A stretch of 64,000 bases of DNA from Dimorphilus gyrociliatus. Its lineage: Eukaryota > Animalia > Annelida. Positions 1 to 11,159 of the stretch are shown here, one piece after another. Within the stretch, counting starts at the first letter, position 1; each line of letters starts with the position of its first letter. The notes under the pieces are model-generated. The model did not search any database, had not been told where the DNA came from, and saw nothing but the letters and a program-made list of their open reading frames with translations. The DNA is taken from assembly GCA_904063045.1 (NCBI GenBank), contig CAJFCJ010000023.1:620001-684000 (forward strand). The letters run 5' to 3'. The position numbers and the translations under genes are program-made.

Positions 1-878
1 TCTTCTCTATCCGTCTCCTAAATTTCACACAATGACATTTCGAGAAAGGTAACATATTTTTAAAAAGAGGGAGCTATTTGCAGAAGATAATTGAATAAAA
101 ACCTCTTGAATTTGATCCCTATCTATAGGGAAGAGAGTGGGCATGTTCCTCTCCTCTCTTTGAACAAAATATTACCAAAGCAAAAATATTCGATTCCTGT
201 CGAAATCTGAACACGATCAAAACGCTAGGTGAAAAATGACCTTCTAGTCAGATGTATCAAACAGTATTTGTATCAAGAAATATTGTTAGTATTCACAAAT
301 TTTTCTATTCAAAAAGCCTTTTCCTCCCACTCTTTTCTGCTCTCTCTCTCTCTCTCTCTGTTTCGGATGAATAGTTTTTTTCAATTCAGACCTTTAAAAG
401 TGCGGTACACATTTTTTCATTATCCTATTATATGGATGCATATTTTATTGGTAAAAAGTGAAATCTGCCAATTTCAATACACAGAATGTCTAGATAACTA
501 CAAACCGCAAAACTGGACAATGTACCAATGTTTTCAATATTTAAAATAACAAACAAAGCAATTATATTTTTGTTGATAGAAAGAAACCAGAACAATCCTA
601 TCTATGTACATATTGAATATTCAAAAGAGCAACAAACGATTTAATAAATGTTCATTTTCTTGTATGTGTATCGAAGATAATAGCGAAAATATTAATATAA
701 TATATTTTACTGCTCTTGCATGGCAAATTTATGAGTGTGCAAGTTACAACAGTACTGATTCTACTCGAACCTTCTTACAATTGTTTAACTTAAATGGTTT
801 ATTCAAAGTAAAATACATAAGCAAGTAACAATATGAAAGTAGATGATAATACATGTATAAATATTAAATTTAGACCAA

Positions 879-1462
879 TCATTCAATGCAGCAGCGACCT
901 CCCTGTGCCCAATGCTGCTCTGGAACGCCTAGAGTTCTCGCTATGATTTTATAAAGACTGAATCTGTTCTGGGCAAGTTGAAGATTTGCGCTATAACCAT
1001 GGCATTCCAGAAGCCCGTTTATAGCACAGGACTACACCAATCCGGGTCTTTTATGATATTCGTTCTCCAGAACCACAACGCACAACTCACGCTATTTTTA
1101 GCTGAAAGAACCAAGCTTGGATTGTCGAAAAAAGAATCTCCTAGTCCTTGACCATGTCCTGCTGCTCTATAATTGTAATGGTGGCTAATTTGGAGTATCC
1201 CCCTACCATGAAAACATTTACCATCATACATATAAGATTCATGTGCCACAGGATTACAGTTCATCTCCTCACAGTTCTCCAATCCACCTGATTCGTGAAA
1301 AACCTGAGCCAAAAAGATGGCTATTCTATTTCTAGTTGACAAATAATTTGCTGACTTTAATCCATTTACCAACTCTATACAAAGTTGTCGTGGAGCATGT
1401 CCTGTAAAACCACAGGCCAATCGGCATTCCTGTATGTTCTCTAATGTAATGTTCCCCGCCAT
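879..1462 (-). CDS. Glycoside hydrolase family 19 (chitinase/lysozyme-like) gene, intronless, interrupted by a frameshift near 1025-1031 (possible pseudogene or assembly error)
   Basis: ORF 1462-1019 contains GH19 motifs AIFLAQVFHESGGL (catalytic Glu), GRGILQISHHYNY and ALWFW. A second frame (1025-879) encodes AINGLLECHGYSANLQLAQNRFSLYKIIARTLGVPEQHWAQGGRCCIE*, the typical GH19 C-terminus (AING..EC.G...R..Y...LGV). No signal peptide. A 3' splice site (TTTTTTAG) lies 3 nt before the ATG, suggesting a 5'UTR intron. Confidence 0.85.
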
Positions 1463-2369
1463 TTTCTAAAAAATTAACTACATTAATGTTGTTTCAATAA
1501 GATAGTTTGGTAATCCAATCTGACGAAAGAAAAATGAATCATTGTAGGCAATTTTTAAATGTGTTATATTGCGATTGTTTAAATAGTAGTTATCTCGAAA
1601 AAAGGGTGTCGTTCAAAGTGTAGTCACTTTCTACTTTATTAAAACCTAGTTGTTAAACTACCCAACTTAAAAAGGAAATTGATATTTCATAATCGTAGCT
1701 CGAAATCATCATCAAAATAGTTAGATAAGGTTTGTCATTTAATAGCTACAAAACCTTAAGACGAGCTATCTTTAAATAAAATTTAAGTAACAATCAAACC
1801 AATATACCTTGTAGAAAGTAAAAGTCTTTTAGGTAGTAGCTTTATGAGAGATCCTATCCGTCCGTTTGTTTCGGATAAACTGATTCAGAGTTGAATCTTA
1901 GCCAACTCTTAATCATCAATGTAGAAGAAATCTAACACTGTCCAAGTGATTGAAAAAACTTCTAGTTTCTCACCAAACAATGTATTTAATTAATGTTTTC
2001 TTTACAATTTCTTTTTCTCTATGATAATTTACTAAACATACAAATTGTCAATAGTACAACAATTATAAGCGATTATATAATGCACATACTCTTCACAATT
2101 CTTTTTCTTTTTTCTGCTTGTTCCATTGTTTCCCTATAGATGGCGTATCGTTTCTATATACTTATTTCTGGGTTTTTTGTCTACAAGATATAAACAACAC
2201 CTCTTATCTATCAACTCGATTTTAAATATTAAAAGATTTATTATTTAGAAAGAAGATAGCACCTTATTAGTCTAGTGAAACTATTCTGTTTTGTTATCAA
2301 ACAAACAATCAAACAAACAAGAACGAATGAATGGCATAAGAAAGTTATACCAAAAAAAAGTAGCACTCC

Positions 2370-5300
2370 TTATTTACAGCGATACTCGACCACTTTTTTC
2401 CGACATGTTTTACAAATGACCTCACAGCACCATTTAAAATTACAAAAACACTTGTGTTCTACGATAACAACCCTCCGCACGACGCTTCCTCCGCAACATA
2501 TTGACGGACAAGTTTCTTTAGAGCATCGCCGACCCTTTACACTGTCTTTATTTGTCGCACAAACATCTGGAGATGGTCGTAAATATACAAGGTCATATTG
2601 CGATTTCGATTTTGTCGTTTCAGCAGATACTAAAGCTTTCTTTCTTCCCTTGGAATATATGTTCACTAGGACGGCTTTGTGGAAGAGTTCTCGAATTTCT
2701 GAACTTATGTTACGGAACGGAACAATCTTCCTCCAGCATGTTCTCAATCCGCAAGATCCTGAGGCACCGTGACATTTGCATAATTTCACCATCGTTTCCG
2801 GTATTAACTATCAGAAAAGCATAAAGAATTTTCAATACAATTAAATTTGAGCTCATTCTCAGCTGTTCAGCTGTCCTACATATATATATATATATATATA
2901 CAGTATATACTAATATATTCTCTCTATTGAAAAAGATCAACTATTTTCCTATTAGAGGAATATTTGTAACAAAAGAGACCATTTAACAAAGCTCTGCTCG
3001 TCACTCATCCGTTTATGAAACCCATAAACGCAAAAAAACGACTTATTGGAACGCCATCAATCAACTAAACAATGGTGTCCGATATTCTAAACAGTTTCTG
3101 CGTGAATAACGACTTATTCACGTTAATTCTCACTAGTATACATTGCAATCCCAAAAGGTAAGAAAAGACGCCTCTCCGTCTGGGTTACATAATATTTAAA
3201 TGAAACTTTTAGCTTGACAGCGCAAAATCTTACCTTTGTACCAACTTCGTAATTATGAAGAGCCATTAATTTTCTCGAAATGTACTCTTCTAAAGTTAAT
3301 CCCGATTTCTTCTTTGGTTTTCTTCTATTATATTTCGCTCTTGCGAATTTTCTACTAAATAACATGCCGTAGTGAGCGTTGTCCGAACAGCCAGACCACT
3401 TAAAACTCTATAAAAACATTAAAAAAGACAAACCAATTAGTTTAAATATAAGAAAACATTTTTAATTAAAGTTTTTATGGTAAAAATATAAATTTGATGG
3501 TTTGCAATTTAATAGACAAAAACTAATTGAACTGTTTGTTCAACTAGTAAAAACGATCATCTCTTATAGATTGAATTCAATAGAATTCAAAGAATTCTTC
3601 TATTCAATTCTTCTAACTGCTATTTATCGAAACAACAACAACAACAAAAACAACAACTACTCTTCAATTCTATATAATTAATAATTTTTCGAAAGAAACG
3701 AAGAGAGAGAGAAAGAGAACGAAAAAGAGATAAAGAGAGGCAATGTTCAAACAAAAATTCCAACAACGAGAATTCACTTTGTTCTTTTCTTTTTGTCTTG
3801 TTTCTTAGAGTGTGAAATTTCCACAGAAACGCTTTTGATTCTGGTCCGATAAAAAAAAAGAAAGACAAAGAGACGTTTTGAGAATTGAACGTGTCAAAAA
3901 CAGACCAATTTTTCCCCTTGATCTAGGTCAATTAAAAGAAAGAATTCCAATTGCTTAAATTACTCAAATTGTTTTTTTACATAACTCCGAGTGGAAAGAA
4001 AAAGACTGATGGTCTTTGTTTATCTTACATAACTGCCCAATCTTCTTTTATCCAACTTACTCTGTCAATTATCTGTTCACCTTTGCTTCCCATACATAAT
4101 AATACTTAAAGAAATAGCAGCAGGTGTCTTACAGTTGAGTTACCTACTAGCCTAAATACAAAGGAAAATAGAAATAATTAGAGAAATAATTAAGAGGAGG
4201 GGAAAGAGAAGGAGAAGGGGAGGAAGCTGAAGAAGAAAAAGAGAAAGAGGACAAGGGAGAATTGAATGGAATGTATACATTTTTCTATATAGCTATACGT
4301 ATAGATAGATAGATAGATAGATATGGACAGACAGGCAGACAGGCTGACAGACAGGAAAATTGTTACTTCTAGCGAAATAATATTATACCTACGTGATACA
4401 GTTAAAGAGAGAATAAAGCGAAAGTCAAATGGATAAATTTCGATATTTCCGAGGTTATCGGATACTTCGTATGTCAAAAAACTATGTTATTTTTAGGAGA
4501 TTAATGATACATTAAGCATGACTTATAACTAACAGATGGTTGTTGTTTTTTTTGGTCTACAGTTGCACCTTTGTTCTTAATAACAACCTCCGTTCAGATT
4601 GAATCAAATATTTATCCTATTCAATAGTAAAAGTTTGTTAATACGATTAAAAGACGCGCGTGTCGTATTGGACCAATTACAAAGAGGTAAGGATAAATTG
4701 GATAATAGGATTTAGTGATAGATGTCATCGTAACCTTAAGTTTTTACGTACTACTGACAGTCTAATTATATCTCTCCATCCGACACCTAAAATTCTAAAT
4801 TCGCATTTATTCGTCATTCTCTCGAATCGAATCAGTAATTTTGCACAAAAGCCACCCTAATTTAATTTCACGAGCGTCTATTGTCCTAGACAATTGCTAC
4901 TCGAGCTCAATTTCTGACGTGTTTATACAAAGAAACGTGTTTACCCTATTCAATACAAAAATAGCAGTGAGAAGACTTTTCAAGTGCAATTCGACTATGA
5001 AAAATCTTCGTCCTTAACCACCAAACCCATCGTGGACAACGTTAAAAAAAATTCTTTTGCAATACAAACACGTGGTATAGATAAAAAATAGAAAGAAAGA
5101 GAAAAAGAAAATATTGGTCTATCAACCTCGTTTCCTTCAACGTGAATGCTTCCATCGCAACCGCAGGATTCTAGCCGCCCTGCACTGCAAGCCCGAGTAA
5201 CAGAATGAGTAATTCCAGCCGCCGAAAGAGCTTGTACAAACGCCTTCTCTCTCGTCGCTTTTCGCCAGAAAGAAAAATGTATAGAAAACAGCTGAGTTGG

Positions 5301-6198
5301 AAATTATTCGAGCAGATACTTACGTTCCTTTACAATGTCTGTAAAGAGATTACTACAATTCCATATACTACTTTTAAATTGATGTTGACATTCCGCTATC
5401 GATAGCCTAGCGGCTCCAGCGACAAAAGGCATGACATCAAGGTTTTTCCGACATAAAGTTCTCTGCGAGTCGACTAGGCCTTTGATATCTTTACAATAAT
5501 CTACATTTTTCAAAATTTCATTATCCTTATGGACTCTCGCTACTTTCCTGTTAATTTATGTAAATGTATGTATATTAATAATTCTATTAAATCGATTATA
5601 ATAGTAACAACAATAATCAATTAATAGTAATAATAATGGTAATAATAGAAATTTACGACATATATATACAACATATAATCTTTAACAACTGCCTGATCGA
5701 ATAGATAAACTTTGAAAAGTGATTGACATACCAGAAAAGAGTTTGTATTAAACAATTACATATAAATATCTATATCTATACTGTATAGATAAACGATATC
5801 ATATACTGTATATATATATATATTCAAGAAATACTTGAATGTTTTAATTATCTATTGGTAAATATTCAATTTATATTAAGTCGTATTTGTCATTCATTTT
5901 CGCCAACTTGTTAGAAATAAATAAAAGGGAAATTTACATAAAGAAGGTAAGAATTCCACACAGGAAACGATCTTATCTCTACCGACCGTGTAAAAAAAGA
6001 GAGAAAGGATCTTTGTCTTATCTTTGACTCTGGACAAATTTCTCTTTTGAACTTGAATTCACCTTTCAAAGATTGATTTCTAACTTTTTTTTCTTGCTGT
6101 CTTTTACTTCTTTAATAAGATTTTGAACATACTTACAGCCATTCAATACCAAAGCAGGCTCCGAGGAAGAAAAACGACAAAAATACTCCTGAAATCAT
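2370..6198 (-). CDS. Wnt4: Wnt ligand, Wnt4-like (Wnt4/Wnt11 group), 5 coding exons, 342 aa
   Basis: Exons (minus): 6198-6137 (signal peptide [21 protein letters not shown]), 5547-5324 (C..KGL..Q..LC.KNL.VM...ECQHQF...WNCS), 5257-5127 ([30 protein letters not shown]), 3407-3234 (FKWSGCSDN...[10 protein letters not shown]), 2807-2370 ([13 protein letters not shown]...FKWCC.V.CKTC). All junctions are GT-AG and phases match; total 1029 nt. The Wnt family call is secure; the subfamily rests on ECQHQF and F.WSGCSDN and is less certain. Confidence 0.93.
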
Positions 6199-6286
6199 TT
6201 TCTAAATCGTGTCATATCCAAGAACGTAAACTGTTATGTAATAAGTGAAGTTATAGCCCCCCTTCAAGATTCTAAATAGGAAGAAC

Positions 6287-6404
6287 GGCGATTGATCTTT
6301 TAAACGAAAACCGTTAGCCAATCAGACTTGAATAGCGGTTACGGGCAGCCAATAAGAGTGCGTCGTGAATATTCATAGTATATAATCTACAGCTGATTGA
6401 TTGG
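6287..6404 (-). promoter_or_regulatory. Candidate Wnt promoter with three CCAAT boxes
   Basis: CCAAT at 6318-6322 and 6349-6353 (31-bp spacing typical of tandem NF-Y sites) and ATTGG at 6400-6404, about 120-200 bp upstream of the Wnt ATG at 6198. Confidence 0.5.
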
Positions 6405-7059
6405 TTACTTTGTTGATGTAGTTGCATAAACAAGATGGCAATTATATCAAGAGTATAAAAACACATATTTAAATGTAAAAAAGAAACTATTTAAAATTGG
6501 TTTTGTTAAGGAAATCTTGAATTTTTCTTAACGATTCTCCTCTTCATCCTTCTCCTTATTGGTCGGCCTTTGAAAGGGATAAAATATAAACATATATATT
6601 TATGAGAAAGAATAGATCGATTGAATAGTTTGAAAATTTTTGGTTAAAAGTGCAATTCCTTTTTCTTTCCCTTTTTTTTCTTATAACAAAAGGACCGATT
6701 GAAGGAGGTTGCAGCCCTTGGTAATAGCACTTTTTGAAAGGCAATAAATCAAGATTTTTCACTTGATTTATTGTTTTCCTTAACGATACAGGTACTATTT
6801 TGTTGGAATATATTTCCATAGTTGGGACGTAGCAATGAATCAAGCAAATAGAAGCCAGCGATACCAAGGAACGCATTAGGTCTATAAATCTTTGGAAAAA
6901 GGCGATAAATTTAGGATTAATTTGATTTATTACTAAAAGAGTCCAAGTATTCAAACAAAGATCATAATATACAATTCTGTAAAACTAAATAAAATACCAA
7001 AAATAAAAGAAAGGAACCAAGACTGAAATGTGCTTGGCCTAATGTTGATTTGTGGGAGT

Positions 7060-7122
7060 TGGTGGTAGTAGGTGGTGGTGGTGGCGGTGGTGGTAGCGGT
7101 GGTGGTGGTGGTGGCGGCGGTC
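7060..7122. repeat. (GGT/GGC)n trinucleotide repeat
   Basis: Imperfect GGT/GGC run, reading as poly-Pro or poly-Thr on the minus strand and poly-Gly on the plus strand. Confidence 0.85.
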
Positions 7123-7978
7123 TTGATATTGTTGTTTTTGTTGTTTTCCTTTTCAGTGGACAAACCAAGGATAAGGATATAGCGCACGTTTCGGCTAACT
7201 AGCCTGTCGTTTCGTATTTGTATGGTTTAGATAGAATTTCGCCAATTTCCCACTCGAAAGAAAAGATAGCGGATATTGAAAGTTAATTATAGTATTATTT
7301 ACAACTAAACGTATGTAAAAGCAATAATGAAATAGTGAAAAAAGAAAAGAAAAGAACGAGAGAGAGGGAAAGAGAAGGGTAAAATCTAGGCTTATGAAAA
7401 GTACTTATCAGGACTTGATTTGATTTATTGTATTTGGTAAACATTAAGCCAGTAAACAAGGTGCCTGTGTTTTTCCGAACCAGTATGGAAAGGATCATTT
7501 TTGTTCAACAGTTAAAAACAGTATGTACAGTATATAAACGTATAAAAGAGAGATATTGAAAGAAATAATCAGCATAATATGATATATGCTGTTTATATTT
7601 TACGATATATAAAAGTGTCAGGTTATTTGTATAAAATATTTAGGATTTATTGGCTTTTCTTACTTTTACTAAAAGATAAAGAGAAAGTGTATTGAATTGC
7701 TCTTGTTCAAAGCTAGAAGACCAGTGGAAAGAAAGACCCCCGCCGCCTTTACCCTCCACAAAAAAACCCCCTCTTTCCTATTCTTTTTTATAACTTATTT
7801 CATCTTATCAACTTGGTAAAAGTTGAAGTGGAGTTACTTGAAAATTTTCTTTAATCATAATCTACGCCGAGGCTAAATGTCAATTAACTTTGTACAGTTT
7901 ATCATAAACACAATACGCCGGTAATTAATCAAATACTGTAAATATTAACACTGTTCTTATTCGCCAGATATGCACGTC

Positions 7979-8010
<32 letters not shown>

Positions 8011-9069
8011 TTACACTAAAAAAGAGTGGCATTTCAATGATGATGATGAGTATGATGTGGATGATTTATTTATATAATATTCATGTCATTTGTGGTTTTT
8101 TTTGCAAAGTCGATACATTTCGTTTCTTTTCTTGTTTTTTTAAAAAAAAAAGAAAAAGAAGAAATGTAAAGAGAGAAAAAAGGGAAAATAAATAAAATAC
8201 AGTCTTAGTACAATTTAGTGAATGGGATTTGCACGCAATAAATCAGTTTAGAAATGTTGTATTCAGCATACCTTTTTGCCAGATTTGAAATTTATTGATA
8301 GCAAAAAAAAACGAAAAAACACGTACTTCAAACTATTCAGGATACATTTTTACCTTTAATTCTTTATTTATTACTTTATCTAAAAAAAATAATCGCATTC
8401 TTATGGTTACTTTTTCTTTTTCAAATAAAATAACTAACAGATTTAACTCCTGGACGGTATGTATTTATTGTTTTCTAATCGTAGTGTGGCGCCATCTTTC
8501 GCCTTCCTGCCCCCTCCTCTCCCTCCCTCCCTCCCTCCCTCTCTCTCTCTCTTTCTCTATTTTGCCACTTTTGTATTTATGTTTATAAAAGTTGTGTTGC
8601 TATTAAGATAGAGTATTGACATTAAGTTGGATTATTTTTGACAACTGCTCTCGTGTATACATTAAATATACAGTATGCAGTATACTGTATAATTAAGTAC
8701 GTACTGTATATACAGTACGTACATTCACTGTAAATATTTCTTAAATAATAATTTTTTCAAGTAGAAAGCTACAAGCTAATAAACAAGTACTAGATCTGTC
8801 AAATGTTTAATTTCTTTTTCAAAAGAATCAGTGCAATTTCATAGACAGTTTTTCTCATTTTTCTCAGTATATATATACTGTATATATACATATGATGTAC
8901 GTATGTATACATGCATAGATGCATAGATACATTCATTCATACATACATACATAAATACATATACATATATATATTAACATATATGCTGCATATATAGATA
9001 TAGATATGAAATATAAAAAAAAAGGAAAAATGAAACAATTTAGGTTAATAGTCTTTCTGTCTTCTTCAA

Positions 9070-11159
9070 TTAAGAATTTGTCTTAAATGGAGACAAGTCT
9101 ACAGCTTCGTCGGAGAAATCAAATTTTGGCACCCATCGTCCATTTCCTACGTGAACAATTTCAATTTCAGAGTCATTAAAAACGAAAAAATTTCGTCGAA
9201 TTCCGTTCGAGTGAGCAATTATGGGAACTCTATCCAATCTAATTTTTTCATTTTCTTCTTCCTCCTCCTCTTCTTCTTCCTCCTCCTCTTCCTCTTCTAC
9301 TTCGTCGTCGTCTTCGACAGCTTCTTCGTCTTCCTCTGTTGCTTCATATTTGATAGGTGTTCCCTTTCGTCGAGAGACGTGATTGTCATTTGATACAAGT
9401 GGTTTTGCTTCTTCAACCTTACGAGTCATTTGACGATCTCGAATTATTCTATTTATGGAAGAAATTGATGGGACATTGTCCTCGGTGCAAATTTGATCGG
9501 ATATTAACCTAAAAAACGTTTTAAGAGAAATTAACAAACAAAAGGTAGACAAGAGCTAAAGTGAAAGTAATTTAAACTTTAATTTCAAAGACAAATAAAC
9601 AACTAAAGTGGTGTTGCAGTTTTTCCAGACTTTTAATCAACAAAACTCAAGAAGAAGAAGAAGGATTACGTGATTTCGCTCTATATATCTTATTTTTCGT
9701 ATTAGCGAAAGTCAAACGCAATTATATTAAAGAAGCCAATAATATACAGAATAGTGGAATATTTATCATATACCCAAATTCTCGTGAAATAGTGCAAACT
9801 AATTCTGCATTGCTGTCTGTCGTTTGTTTTTCCTTCAGTCTTTCTATTTTTTGTTTTTTGTTTGTCTGTCCGTCTCCCTCCGTTTGTTTGTCCCTCTTTC
9901 TCTCTCTCTCTCTCTCTGCCTTCTTGAATTACATATTCAATATAGTCAATAGTCTCTTTTTTGTTATCAATTTTGTTGTTTGCTTAAATTGTCATTCATT
10001 AGAAGAATTGAACAATACAGCCAAAATGAAAAAAGAGGAGAATGGAAATAAATTTCCTTAAATTTTAAATAAAGTTAATTAGTACATTAAATTATTTAAA
10101 TTAATTAATCTCTCAAAGTATTAGATGTCAAACAGTTTTGGCATCGAGTATCATTTAGTTTATGTATTACGGTATAAACGATTCTTACGAGAGCACATAT
10201 TTATATGTTGAATATATAAATATTCTGTAATTAAATGTCTATATATCAAGAATTCGAGAAGAGGAGAGAAGGAGGCAAGGGAAAGCGGATAGGTAGAAAA
10301 TGAGAAGAGAGAGAGAGGAAGAAAGGGACAGAGACAGGGAAAATTGTATACTTTGTATGAATTATTAAATGGGGACGCAAAATGATACTTTTCCTTCTCT
10401 TGAAAAATTGTTCACGTTGATAAAAGTCAGGATTAGTCATATTTGATTTTTTTGCAGTTAATTTAAAAGTAAGAGTATAAAGTATGGATTAACAGAAAAT
10501 TAAAATTTGTCCACTTACTTTTGCCTAATCTCCCATGCAAACAAATGGGGTTCTTCTTTTTTATAAGTCCTGACTTGTTGAACGACGCTAGGGGTCGTCA
10601 CTTTCGGTTTGCTACCCCCAATTTGGCCCGGGTTAATAGTTCCAGTTCGCTTATATCTACAAAAAAGAGAAAGCGCCATCTTTAGCCCGATAAACGTAAT
10701 TGTAAATGTTTCTACAAACCTGTTTAATATTTTACTTACACATCCGTGACTAACTGCTAGCTGTCTAGAAATTTCGCAAGGCCTAACGCCCTGAAGGGCC
10801 AGCTGAAGAATTTTAAAACGAAGTTCCTCCGGCAGAGGGCGTCCATTCGTAAAAACTCTTCCGTATTGATTAACGTTTTTGGCGGCTAAATTAGGCGGAA
10901 AACATAGTTTATACGGAAAACTTGCTAATTGTTATTAGTAATCAAACCTTCTTTTTGTTTGTCATCACCATTTTCTTTATCCTTTTCTTTTGATGTCAGG
11001 TCCATGGCTTCCGCTTCCGGTTTGGCGACGTATAATTTCGATAAATAACCTAAATCCGGTACTGACAGGAGTTTTGAGTTTGCACTAAACAAAACAAAGT
11101 GATAATTAATAAAATTTCATAGATAAAATTTTGAACTTACCTAGCCTCTTCGCTAACAT
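9070..11159 (-). CDS. Pax-beta: Paired-box transcription factor, Pax-beta-like (paired domain only, no homeodomain), about 287 aa
   Basis: Exons (minus): 11159-11141, 11049-10948, 10885-10720 ([16 protein letters not shown]...[23 protein letters not shown]), 10656-10519 ([22 protein letters not shown]...FAWEIRQK), 9508-9070 ([24 protein letters not shown], then a poly-Glu tail). GT-AG junctions with consistent phases; 864 nt. [13 protein letters not shown] and [10 protein letters not shown] are, as I recall, Pax-beta signatures. The start could instead be the Kozak-strong ATG at 11005. Confidence 0.9.

Noticed and set aside
229-549. 106-aa ORF on the plus strand
   Set aside because: Low-complexity, built partly from a (CT)n repeat; no recognisable domain or splice support.
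2275-2824. Plus-strand ORFs 2275-2772 and 2552-2824
   Set aside because: Antisense shadows of the Wnt last exon.
6556-6954. 132-aa minus-strand ORF with a signal-like stretch and a dibasic cluster
   Set aside because: Begins at a non-ATG codon, has no amidation or repeated-peptide pattern and no family motif; probably chance in a promoter-proximal region.
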